Shown: one piece after another, positions 47,601 to 59,900 of the stretch
Numbering within the stretch: the first letter of the stretch is position 1
Layout: every line of letters begins with the position of its first letter
Source of the DNA: Cetorhinus maximus
Lineage: Eukaryota
DNA length: 64,000 bases
Assembly (NCBI RefSeq): GCF_964194155.1
Contig: NC_135895.1
Span: 43,400,001-43,464,000, forward strand
Direction: 5' to 3'
Translations under genes and position numbers: made by a program
The notes under the pieces: generated by a model
Told to the model about the DNA's origin: nothing
What the model saw: the letters and a program-made list of their open reading frames with translations, nothing else
Database searches by the model: none

Positions 47601-50600
47601 CCTGGAAAGAGGTTGAAGTGAGTTTTTTTTAAAACAATAAAGACAAATATATAATATTTAGAATACACCCTTTAGTTGTATATAAACCTTATCATCATCG
47701 TCATCTTCATCTTCACTGGTGTCTACATCATCCATATCTTCCTCTAATGCACTGACTCGTGTATCCAGCATCTCTGCTTCTTCCAACACATAGCGTTTCT
47801 AGACGATCAAAATAACTTATTTTAAAGCAGATTCACACCAATTATTACAAATTGCTCAAGCATAATGAAAGTTTTGTAGCTACAAAATTCATAACATATA
47901 GAATGGATATTTGGAATATGTTAAAGGCTTATTTTTATGTTGCGGATAGCAATTTCATCTAGCAAAGGGTTACCTTTTTACATACAAAAAAACCTCAAAA
48001 ATATGTTTACAGTATCAAGAAACACTTAACTCAAGCCATTGTTGCACTTATGCAAACTACTGTTACTATCTTTCTACCTACAGAATCCCAAGTTATGGGA
48101 TTTTCAGAGGATAAAACTAGCATTAACTTACTATCGTGGGGTGGATTCCTGTCACCCACCCCCACAATTTTCTTTCCCCCTTCCAAATACTGAAGGCAAG
48201 ACTCTTAATGGACTATGGTTCTATTGTTGAACAGAGTCATATAGGGTACCTGCCCAAGTGACCATTCATTTGAGACTCCAGAAGAAAGCAACGGTAAGTT
48301 ATTTGATCAGACAAAATCACAAGCAATTCTGTCATCTGTCTCAGTGCAGCCTCTTTAGCCCAATCACCGTCAAACATACCAATGATCTTCAATTGATCAT
48401 AGGATCAGATGGGGGGCTACTTGCTGATGACTTTGATGTTTACTACCATTAGCAATTCCTCTGATAACGAAGCAGTCAATGCAATCCTACAGCGAGACTT
48501 GGAGAGCACTCAGGCTTGAGTTGACAAGTGAGAGGCAACATTGAACATCACCCAAGTGCCAGGCAATGACCACTTCCAACAAGAAAAGGCCCAACCACAG
48601 GTGCACCATTGCCAAGTTCATCAATGCTTCTCCTCCAGCTATAAAGGTTCATGTAAAGAATGTACTGGAATACTCACATCCTTTCTGGAAGGAAGGAGCA
48701 TCTGAAAGAGTCAGGAAACTTGATACTATGAACAAAACAGTTGTTTGACTGACTCCCCTGCCACTGATCTCAGTATCCACCCCTTCATCACCAGTGTATG
48801 CACTACGCCTGCAGTGTTAACCACTTGCACTGTATCGACCTAATAAGATTACCCTGATAGCACCGGCTAGCCCTGTGACCTCTATTACAGAGGAAAATGG
48901 CAACAATACAATGGGAACACCAACAACTCTAAGCTTTCTTCCAAATCACAAGTCAACCTGACTTGGTTCCTTTGTTGGCATGAATAAAATGTTAGAATTT
49001 CTTAACACCATCATTACCACAAGGATTGCAGTGATTAGAGGAGAAGGCCCACCAACATCTCAGTTTAATTAGGGATGGGCTGCATCGCCCATGTCCAAAG
49101 AACACAGTAAAATAAAAAGTAGACATTCAACCCAGAGATTACCCAGTTAGGATGCTGGTGCCATGTTGGTTTAAAGTCACAATGTAGACATGCAGCTTGG
49201 ATACAGACAAAGTCAAATTAAACAGAGTGCATACAGTAATTCATCCTTCAACTACTCCTTCTTCTTAGCCAGTGTAAAGTGTAGAAGTTAGTTTTTCCAC
49301 TTACATCAAAACCTTGTATATAACTGGCTCACCTGTGCCAGGCAACTTCCCTATTTGGAACAGGAAATGAACTCAGTCTCTTATGCAAACAAGAGTAGTG
49401 TCAGAGCCTTTTCCCAATTAAATATGCATCCTTCAGAGTGCTGACAATTTACTCACCTACAGTAACAGATATAGTTGTAATCTAGCAAGCGAACAAAACA
49501 AATTTTGCACGTGATGCCAGCACAGAACTGATATAACAAGAAGACATGAGGACGATCAATATTTTGAAGATTTGTTCCACTATTTTAGAAGATCATGAGC
49601 ATTTATGCAAAAAAAAGTAAATCTTATGTAGTTTGTGGATCTATTAAAAGAGATAGGAAGGTAAGTAAGTGGTTCACTAGTGTGAAGTCTTCACCCTCTA
49701 TTAGTTCTATAAACTGTGCCTCTCTATGACAAATACTAATCATTAAAATCAATATGTCCTGTCACCTACCTGTTTAAAAATCTGATGTCAGCAATGTCCA
49801 TAAGCTTTCAGTGTTAACTATGCTCACATCTAGTGATTCCAGTCATATTTGAGGTGTTGCTCATTAAGGTGGTAGTTTGTGATGCTGCAGTTTCAGTTTT
49901 AACGTCTTCTTTATAACAACGAGGTACCTTTCAGGTCCTCAAGCTCACCCCACTTGACAAACATCATTTCCTGGCCCCCGGTTTCTCACTCCAAGGTATT
50001 TTTCAGGCCTATGTGACAACCCCTGATATTGATCTCAGCCTAACACCCTAAAGTAGCTTCCCAGCATTAAGACCACCTCCTCTGATACTGCCTCTTTGCC
50101 TAATTACACCCTCTCACCACCTCTCATCATGCTTGATTTAAAGACTGCCCTTGGTCTTGGTTATTCAGGTCCTAACCCACAGGAAATCATATAATAGTAG
50201 TGATCATGTTCCTTGTGCATGATGTCTGCAAATGTCGAATGTCAGTAGTTAAGATTTATCTTAAAGGAATCATGTATGTACCACATAAAATAAACTATTC
50301 CTTCAATATTAAAAAAATTATATGGCATTAACTATAGAATGAAAAACGATGTTTTATTGCAAGACACAATTTAGCGTATTCAATTCTGACCCCAGATTTT
50401 CTCCTCTCCTCTGCTTTATGGGCACCATCAGCCCTCTGGTGCTTTGTCATAGTAGCCACCGTTTATGTGTGAGCTTACAGTTTAAATGTTAGCAAGCTAT
50501 TCATTCATGGGTGGGGTGGGGAAGGCAGTGGTGTGTTGTAGCCGAGTCCAATCCTAATCCCACCTGATACTTTTCAATAAGAGTTGAGGGGAAAAGAGGT

Positions 50601-53600
50601 CAATATTTTCACTTCCCTAATGTTAAATACAATTAATTGGAGAGAACAGAACATACAGAATTTCATATTCAATATAATCTGTACCTGAAGTCGGGGCAAG
50701 ATAATATCACAAACTCGCTCTTCATGGAGTAACTCATCCATAAATTCATCCACGTGAATAAGTTCAAATTCTTGAGGAGAAAAAAAAAGATAAACAAAAA
50801 TAATACATCAAAACCTGAAGTTTCATTTTAATTTATAAATTATTCATAAGTAAAGTAGTGAGCACTCATTGGTGCCATTTAAGAACTGACTAACTTGGGA
50901 AGAAAGTTAATAGTCTCAAACAGCTAGAATTAAATCTAGGTCCTAAAGCATTTGAGGCAATTTCATAACTTATCCTCTACCTGCAATTTTCAATGTCAAG
51001 TAAAAGAAAAATAATTTTACAGTAGATTGGCTTAATACAAGATCATCAAGCGGGATTCAAATCACCAGATCTCTGAACTGGTTTAGCTTACGTCCATCAA
51101 GGAGATTGCAATAATTTTCAAGGATTTAACACTCAAAAATGAAAGTACTGAGGGTGAATATTTGTGAGTGAACTGAGATTAGAAATTGATATGCTATTAA
51201 GTAAGCTATTGTGAATAAAGCAATATCATATCATTGCAATCTATCATTACTGTTGAAGTACATTTGCTCCAAACAAGAAATCTTTCTAAGTTTCACCCCA
51301 CAAGGCACTCAATTCTGGAAAACAACTAGATCTCACTTTTACTCATAGCTGGAGCAATTTTTACCTCCATCTCTCTTCTGCCTCTTCACTTTCCGATAAT
51401 CATTATAGAGTGGTTCCAGATATTTGTAACAATCAATGGCCGAGCCCGTCAATCGCATGTACAATGCACCCAGCAGTCTGACATACCTGGGATGAAAACA
51501 AATTGAAAGATCTTAAACTTCAGTTACCAAGTTCTTCATTTGTAAAACATGTTCCTTCATTTACAAAATCTAATAACATTAGATACCAAAGAACTTGGCT
51601 GTGCGTTAGGAAAGCAGGCACAGTAAAATAACTTGATAAAATATTACATGGAAAGCACTGGAGGTTTTATGACAAATTGATGTCATTACACAGGGTAACT
51701 AGTTTCCAATGCTCATTAATTCATCCCTCCCCATAATAAAGACTATCAAATTTTATTTTCTGTAGTTTCATCATATTTGGAAAGCGGGTTCAGGACTATT
51801 CCACCTCCATTCCTGAAAGCGCATGCTGAAGAACAGATATTTCACATGCACAGCTGCCTCAAATTGGTGTTCTTCTTGTATATTCAACCAAGAACTGCAT
51901 TGCAGCCAAGCATGAATTTGTTCTCATCATAGTTACCATATGCGCATTTTCCATCAGGGAACACCAAACAGTAACTGGAACCAGGAACTGTGGCTAATTG
52001 TTTATACTTCAGCATACTCACCACCTTGACCTCTATTTTAGACCATAATTGGACAATGAACATTGGAATTGATAAGTTTACAAGTGATTTAATCGTATAT
52101 AAATCATACGTACTTAAAATCTTCATTCTTTATAAATTCAACAATTATATCCTTTTCGGGTTGAATTTGAAGCATCTTAAGGGTCAGACAAAGGAATGGT
52201 GAAGGCTTAATATTCCCACCATAGACGCCACCAATATATTTCAGTTCCATAGCTTTGTCCACAACCAATTCCGCTAAGAAGCAAAGAAGAAATGGTTGTT
52301 ACAACATTTCTACAGCATAAGACAACTTCTCAATCAATCTGCTGTAACACCTAAACAAATGAAGTTACTTAGAAACATGTTACACTAGACTTGTGTGGAT
52401 TGTAACAAAGAAGGTGTAAGCTAACAGTGAAAATGCAGCTGAGTAAATAAAGTTTGGTCTGAACTGGAATTTAACACAAGTGCAACTGGCTCATCAATAA
52501 GCAACCCTTGAGCCCTCCCATCCTTGCAAACTACAACCCCACCTCCAACCTCCCTTTCTTCTCCAGAGTCCTTGAACATACTGTCACCTCTTAAATGCCT
52601 GTGTATCTTTCCCAGAACTCCAATCACTCCTGCCACAATATAAAACCTCACTTATCAAAGTCACAAAGACATCCTATGTGACTGTGACAAAGGCTAAATA
52701 TCCCAGTTTGGCCCTCTCGACCTATCTGCAGCTTTTGACACTGTTGGTCACACCATCCTCCACTACTGCCTAGTTGGGCGAGAATGCACTTGTTTGGCTC
52801 CATTTTTATTCATTTAATCATAGTCAGAGAATCACCACAATGGTTTCTCTTCCCACCCAAGCACTGTCACCTCGGGTGTCCCTCAAGGACCTATCATTGT
52901 CCCCACCCCACCGCCTCATTTCTCATCTACATGCTTCCCTCGACAATAAAATCCGAAAACACATCAGTTTCCATGTGTACATCAACAACACCCAGCTGTT
53001 ACCTCACCGCCACCTCTCTCAAACCCTCCACTGTCTCTAAATTGTCAGACAGCTCCAATACCAGATAAGCAGCTAAACATTGGTAAAAACTAAGCCATTG
53101 TCTCTGATGCCCACCAGAAACTCCATTTCCTAGCTACCCATTACATCCCTCTCCCTGGCAACTATCTGAGGGTGAGCTAGACTGCTCACAACTTTGGTGT
53201 CATATTTGACCCCGAGAGCTTATGACCACATATCCATGCTATCAGTAAGACCACTTATTTCCACCTCCATAATATTGCTGCTTTATTTCACCACACTCCT
53301 GTTCAGCCTCTCACGTTCTACTCTCTATAAACTTGAGGTCATCCAAACATCTGCAACTCGTATCCTAACTCATACCAAATGCCGTTCATCCATCACTCGT
53401 GCTCGTTGACCTACACTGGCTCCCAATCGAGCAATACCAAGATTTGAAAATTTGCTTCCTGTTTTTCCGATCCCTCGATGGCCTCATCCCTCTCTAGCTT
53501 TGTAATCTCCTTCAACCCTCTCAGACATCAGCACTTCTCCAATTGCAGTCTTGAGCACCCCAGATTTTAATCACTCCATCATTGGAGGCTGCGTCTTCAG

Positions 53601-55910
53601 CTGCCAAGGCCATAAGGTCTGGAATTCCCTCTGCAAACTTCACCTCTGAACCTTGTTTTCCTTCTTTAAGACAGCTTCTTAAAACTTATTTCTTTGCCCA
53701 AAATATGGTCACCTTCCCCTAATCTCTCATATGGCTCAATGTCAAATTTTACTTAATAATGCTCCTTATTGTTCTTTGGGATGTTTTACAACTTGCTTAT
53801 ACACAATTTGTTGTTATTATCTTGAAAATACTTTGTTATTTGAGTTTCCAAAATATGTGTCAATTTATGATGGAAGAAAAATTGAAATAAACGTCATGTG
53901 GAACTTACACAATATGAAAGTTTCCAGAACTATGAACATCTAAGCTAACAATGGGTGGTAGAAATTACATTTTCTCGAAGTTACTGAACTTACACAGTCT
54001 GACTCCACATTACAACAGTGTAGGAAGGGTTCCCAAAGTTACAAAAGAATAGCCAGCCTGCAACAAGAGAGGAAAAGTAAGGCAGAGGAAGGGTCCCAGT
54101 GGCTAGTGTGGGGGGTGGTGAACATGAGGAAACATGCAGAAAAGAGAGTGAGTTAGGTGTAGAACTGCAGGAAATTCCTGATGTCTATATACGTATGGTG
54201 TACCGTTGAGCAATAGTTACTGTATTAAAGTGATAATGTTGCAAAGGGCAAGTGGAGATGTGGATGATTTTTGAGAGGAAAAAACAGAATTGTAAACAAT
54301 CATGACCAGCACTACAGAAACTCTACTGCCTTAAGAAGGGTAAATGACGTAATGGGGAAGATGTTGGAAAGAAAGAGTGAATATTGAGGTTCAATGATGC
54401 AAGGAGAACAGGTTGGAAAACTTACAATGGGCATTTGAGGAATTAGGCATCAAGTTAAAATGCAGGGAGCAATCTCAGGATAATTCCTGTGCTGCATGCC
54501 AGGTCATCTGGGGAGAAGCAACAACAGCTTGAATGTATTTGGTGCCTTTAACGTAGAAAATGTCCTACTGCAATAGGGAATGTCAAACCATGACAAGGAA
54601 AATTTGGAAGTGAGGCAGAGAAAGCTCAATGAAAAAATGTGTTTTGAGAAAACCTTTGAAGGTGGAAAAAGAAATGGAGAGACAGAGCAGGAACTGGACT
54701 CAAGTGACTAAAGATCACCATCAATAAGGGAATAAAAGGATTTGTATAAGGTCTAAATTAGAGAAACAAGGGTTTTGAGGGAAAACAAAAATAGCTGGAA
54801 AAACTCAGCAGGTCTGACAGCATCTGTGGAGAGGAACACAGTTAACGTTTTGAGTCCGTATGACTCTTCATCAGAACTTTGATGAAGAGTCATACAGACT
54901 CGAAACGTTAACTGTGTTCCTCTCCGCAGACGCTGTCAGACCTAAGTTTTTCCAGCTAATTTTGGTTTTCGTTTCAGATTTCCAGCATCCCCAGTATTTT
55001 GCTTTCATCTTAGGGTTTTGAGGGAGTGGGTTCTCTTTTTTCCCTTATTTCTTACCCCTAAAACCTGTTTTCTGTCACTCCAGTGCTGCACTGCAGTCTT
55101 TTTGTAGTTTCTTGCCCTCTTGAAATTTAGTCATGAGACCCACCACTTGTTCTATTCCCTCAATTTGTTCATTCAACTCCCTTTACTAATCCTGTATTAG
55201 TTGGCCTTCAGGGCTCCCTTTTGTCAGTCACAATCCCTTTCAAAACTGCTGGCATCACTCCACTCAAAAAAGAAATTCTACTTTAGACCCATCTGTGCTT
55301 GCGAATTATGCCATTCCTAATTTTTTCCCCAAAATGTATTAACTGATAGAACCTCATTAAGTTATACCGTCCAAATGTTTGTCCATTCTGCAAACCTATG
55401 CCTCCTTTCTATTATTGCCAAACAACCTCCATTCGTGCTGTCAAACATTACTTCGAGACTATGTTGATGGTGTGGGTGTGTTAAAAGAATGAAATCTCAC
55501 TCTTAATATAAAACCCCGCTCTCTTCACACTCAAGCTCGGCAACCAGCTTTAATTCTTGTTCCGAAAATCCAAAACCAGCTGAAAAGCAATGATCAAAAG
55601 CACTGCGGCCTCTACTCACAAACCAGAACAGGTTGAAGCTCGGGGTTTCTGCTGGAAATATGAAAAGTCATCAGTGCAACTGAGAGCCTGCTCCAGTCCG
55701 CAATGCAAGCGGCCCAGACCTCCCTCAGCCACAATCATGTCCTGAAGCACAGGGCTTGATCCCCCAGCCCAATTCCCTACCTGTCAGCCCGAAACATTCC
55801 TCCTTCCAGTACTTGGATTCATAGATGCGGGTGCGGATGATTTTCTCGATCAAATACTGCGGGTTGGTCCCATGGATGCTATGAGCATCTTTCACAGTCC
55901 GGTTCGCCAT
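44685..55910 (-). CDS. PRPF38A: Pre-mRNA-splicing factor 38A, complete, 10 exons, 312 aa
   Basis: Exons (minus): 55910-55781, 52273-52114, 51486-51365, 50770-50685, 47798-47688, 46843-46731, 46282-46256, 46165-46068, 44860-44812, 44727-44685; total 939 nt, all GT-AG and in phase. Protein runs MANRTVKDAHSIHGTNPQYLIEKIIRTRIYESKYWKEECFGLTAELVVDKAMEL... to an RS-rich tail ending SKKSHKKSRRGNE*. Confidence 0.98.
52510..53800 (+). mobile_element. Degraded L2 LINE in PRPF38A intron 1
   Basis: ctcgacctatctgcagcttttgacac (LDLSAAFDT), ggtgtccctcaagga (GVPQG), cacactggctccc and L2 3' end motifs. Confidence 0.75.
54783..55011. mobile_element. Penelope-like palindromic insertion with 14-bp TSD
   Basis: AGGGTTTTGAGGGA at 54769-54782 and 55012-55025. 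~90-bp inverted arms centred at ~54876, each carrying a hammerhead-like core. Confidence 0.8.
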
Positions 55911-55954
55911 TGCAATCCCGGCAAGCACTGCGGCGCCTCAGTTAGTATCCAGTG

Positions 55955-56652
55955 GAGAGCCCCCCGCGGCCGAGCAGGCATCCCGCCACAGCGCCCTCCC
56001 CGCGGCCGGGAAGACATCCCGCCACAGCGCCCCTCGCGGCCGGGCAGACATCGTGCCTATAGCGCCCTCCGCGGCCGGGCAGACAGCCTGCCACAGCGCC
56101 CCTACATGGCCGGGCAGACATCCCGCCTATAGCGCCCTCCATGGCCGGGCAGACATCCCACCCTATAGCGCCCCCACGCGGCCGCGCAGACATCCCGCCA
56201 CAGCACCGCCCTCCCGCCCCGCAATCACGCGCGGCCGGGCAGACATCCCGCTACAGCGCCCAACCGCGGCCGCGCAGACATCCCACCCTATAGCGCCCCC
56301 CCGCGGCCGCGCAGACATCTCGCCACAGCACCGCCCTCCCGCACCCCCCTCACGCGCGGCCGGGCAGACATCCCGCTACAGCGCCCCACCGCGGCCGGGC
56401 AGACATCCCGCCACAGCGCCCCCCACCTCGCGGCCGAGCAGACATCCCGCACAGCGCCCCCCGCGGCCGGGCAGACATCCCGCACAGCGCCCCCCGCGGC
56501 CGGGCAGACATCCTGCCACAGCGCCCCCCGCGGCCGAGAAGACATCCTGCCACAGCGGCCCCCGCGGCCGAGCAGACATCCCGCCACAGCGCCCCCCGCG
56601 GCCGGGCAGACATCTCGCCACAGCGCCCCCCGCGGCCGGGCAGACATCCCGA
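55955..56652. repeat. GC/CpG-rich ~34-bp minisatellite, ~19 units, between PRPF38A and ORC1
   Basis: Unit approximately GCGCCCCCCGCGGCCGGGCAGACATCCCGCCACA. Includes a higher-order ~125-bp duplication (~56150-56272 and ~56275-56395). Confidence 0.92.
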
Positions 56653-56699
56653 CGCCTCTTGTGTTTTCTGATTAATTTAAATGCACCCAGAATGCTTCG

Positions 56700-56915
56700 C
56701 AATGCCTCAGCTGACCGGAATGGCGCGAAAATGTAACATTGGGGCTGGAAGTAGCGGAGCTGGAGCGCAGCGCGGGAGGAAATAGCCAAGAACCGGCTGG
56801 ATCGGAGCGGATTTTAACTGTGTTTCGAATATTTACAAGTGTATTTTAATTTAAACTTTCTTCAGAGCAGATTCCGGCTGGAATTAGTTCCGCTGTTCTT
56901 CAGGCGGGAGATTTT
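56700..56915. promoter_or_regulatory. ORC1-proximal part of the PRPF38A/ORC1 bidirectional promoter, with E2F site
   Basis: GGCGCGAAA at 56722-56730 (TTTCGCGC on the minus strand, the E2F consensus TTTSSCGC), adjacent CCGGAA, and a second GGCGGGAGA near 56903. Vertebrate ORC1 is an established E2F target. Confidence 0.7.
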
Positions 56916-56965
56916 ATTTCAGTTTTTATATTTTATAACCTGAACTTTACATAATCGCACCTGAA

Positions 56966-59900
56966 ATGACCAAATATTTAACCAGGTTGAAGGAGCGTGA
57001 AAGATACGTTTACACCTGGGCAGGAAAACCTCTTCATGTGAATCGCAAACTGCGGCATTCAGATTATGAGTGAGTCAAAACTGTACTTCCTCCCTTTGCA
57101 GGGAATGTAATTTATGGGATAGCTGCACCTCAGAGACTGAAATCTGGGAATGTGACCATCAGGATCGCCTAATGTTACCGTATACTGGCTATATTTCTAT
57201 TTAGTCTATTCGTGGGATGCGGGCATTACTGACTAGACCAGCATTTATTACCCATCTCTAATTGCCCCTGAGAAGGTGGTGCTGAGCTGCTGCGGTCCAT
57301 GTGGTGTAGGTACATCCACAGTTCCAGGATTTTGGTGTCCTATCAGTTATCTTCAGCTGTTTCATCAATGACCTTCTCTTCATCATAAGGTCAGAAGTGG
57401 GAATGTTTGATGATTTGTTCACCATTCTCGATTCCTCAAATACTGAGGTGGACCATATCCATTTGCAGCAAGGCTTGGGCTGATAAGTGGCAAGTAACAT
57501 TTGTGCCTCACAAGTGCCAGGCAATGACCATCTCCAACAAGAGAGAGAATCTACCCTTGATGTTCAATGGCATTACCACCACTATCAACATCTTGGGGGG
57601 CTATCATTGACCAGAAACTGAACTGCACTAGCCACATAAATACTGGCTACAAGAGCAGGTCAGAGGCTGGGAATCCTGCGACGCGTAGCTCGACTCCTGA
57701 CTCCCCAAAGCCTGTCCACCGTCTACAAGGCACAAGTCAGGAGTGTGATGGAATACCATCCACTTGCCTGGATGAGTGCAGCTCCCATAACACTCAAGAA
57801 GCTTGATACCATCCAGGATAAAGCAGCCTGCTTGATTGGCACCCCATCCACAAACATTCACTCCATCCACCACCAATGCTCAGCAGCAGTGTATACCATC
57901 TATAACATGCACTGCAGGAACTCACCAAGGCTCCTTAGCACCTTCCAAATGCATGAGCAATACCATCTAGAAGGACAAGGGCAGCAGACACACGGGAATA
58001 CCACCACTTACAAGTTCCCCTCATGCCACTCGCCATTCTGACTTGGAACTATATGGCTGTTCCTTTGACTAGCCAGATCAATCCTAGAATTCCCTTCCTA
58101 ACAGCACAGTGGGTGTACCTACACTACATGGACTTCAATGGTTCAAGAAGGTTTCCCCACCTTCCCAAGGACAGTTAGGGATGGGTAATAAATGCTGGTT
58201 TAGCCAGCGACATACACATCCTGTGAATGAATAATGAAAAAAAATTTGACCCAGCAACAGTGAAGGGATGACAATGTGGTTCCAAGCCAGGATAGTGTGT
58301 GGCTTGGAAGGGAACTTGCCGGTGGTGGTGTTCCCACGCATCTGCTGCCCTTGTCCTTCTAGGTGGTAGCGGTCGTAGGGTTTGGAAGGTGCTGCCTAAG
58401 GAGCCTTGGTGAGTTGCTGCATCTTGTAGATGGTACACACTGCTGCACAACATCCAACATGCCCAGAGGAAGGCCAAAAGTTACGCAGCTGCAGAAGTTC
58501 CCCGAAGTATTAACAATAACAACACGAACTGCCAGTTCTGTGGATGTCCATACTTGCGTGGATTTTGGAGCCATGAGAGCACCCACAGAAGGCAATGAAG
58601 TCTCAGCTTGGAGATATTCAGATAACAAGGAGTTGACTACAAGCCACTGATGACACTGTCAGCGGTGGAGGGAGGGAATGTTTACTGGATGCAGCTTGGC
58701 TGCTTTGTCCCCTGGTGTCGAGCTTTTTGAGTGTTGCTGGAGCTGCATTCATCTAGGCAAGTGGATAGTATTCCAACACACTCCTGACTTGTGCCTAGTA
58801 GATGGTGGACAGGTGTTGGGGAGTCAGGAGGTCAGTTACATGCCATCAATGGTAGCCCTGCCCCCAGGATGTTGATAGGGGATTGAGCGATGCTAATGTT
58901 AGATGTCATGGGAAGATGATCAAATTCATTCTTGTTGGAGGTTATAATTGACCAGTGTGGTGCCAATGCTGCTGTCAATTATCAGCTCAGGCCTGAATGT
59001 TGTTCTGGTCTTGCTGCATGTGAGCACGACTACTTCAGTATTTGAGGAGTCATGGATGATTCATAATGAACACTGTAATCATCAGTAAAAATCAGAAGGA
59101 ATTTTCATCGCTGAATCCTTCTCCATCAATATCTTGGGGGATTACCATTGACATGAAACTTAACTGGACCAACCATATAAATACTATGGCTACAAGAGCA
59201 GGTTAGAGGCTGGGTATTCTGATCTTATGATGGAGGGAGGGTTATTGATGACGCAGCTGAAGATGGTAGGACCCTGTCTCAATCCCTGAGGAACTCCTGC
59301 AGTAATATCCTGGTACTGAGATGATTGATCTTCAACAACCAAAACCATCTTACTTTGTGCTAGGTATGACACCAACCGATGGAAATTTTTCTCCTGATTC
59401 CCATTGACTTCAGTTTTGCTAGGGCTTCTTGATGTCACTCTCGGTCAAATGCTGCCCTGATGTCAAGGACAGTCACTCTCTCTGTTCATGACCAAAGCTC
59501 AAATGAGATCTGAAGCTGAGTGACCCTGGCAGAACTCAAAATGAACATTGGTGAGCAGGTTATTGCTGAGTAAGTGCCATTCAATAGCACTGTTGACCAC
59601 ACCTTTCAACACCTTTCAACACTTTTCTAATGATTGTGAGTAGACTGGGCGGTTATTTGCTTGATTGGATTTATCCTTCTTGTGGACAAGACATAACTGG
59701 GCAATTTTCCACTTTGTCAGGTAGATGCCAGTGTTGGCACTTTATCAGGTAGCTGTACTGGAACAACTTGGCTAGGTGTGCGGCTTGTTCTGGAGCACAA
59801 GTCTTCAGTAGCGTAGCTGGCATTTTGTCAGGTTCTATAGCCTTTGCAGTATCCAATGCATTGTGATTTCTTGATATCACGTGGAGTGCATCAAATTGAC

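Noticed and set aside
55911-55928. N-terminal extension MLAGIA of PRPF38A in the ORF track
   Set aside because: It starts at a non-ATG codon; the conserved start is MANRTV at 55910.
55955-56652. Possible CRISPR array, or the 83-227 aa Pro/Arg/Gly-rich ORFs over it
   Set aside because: Units are directly tandem with no unique spacers, there are no cas genes, and the context is eukaryotic. The ORFs are by-products of a stop-poor GC-rich repeat open on both strands.
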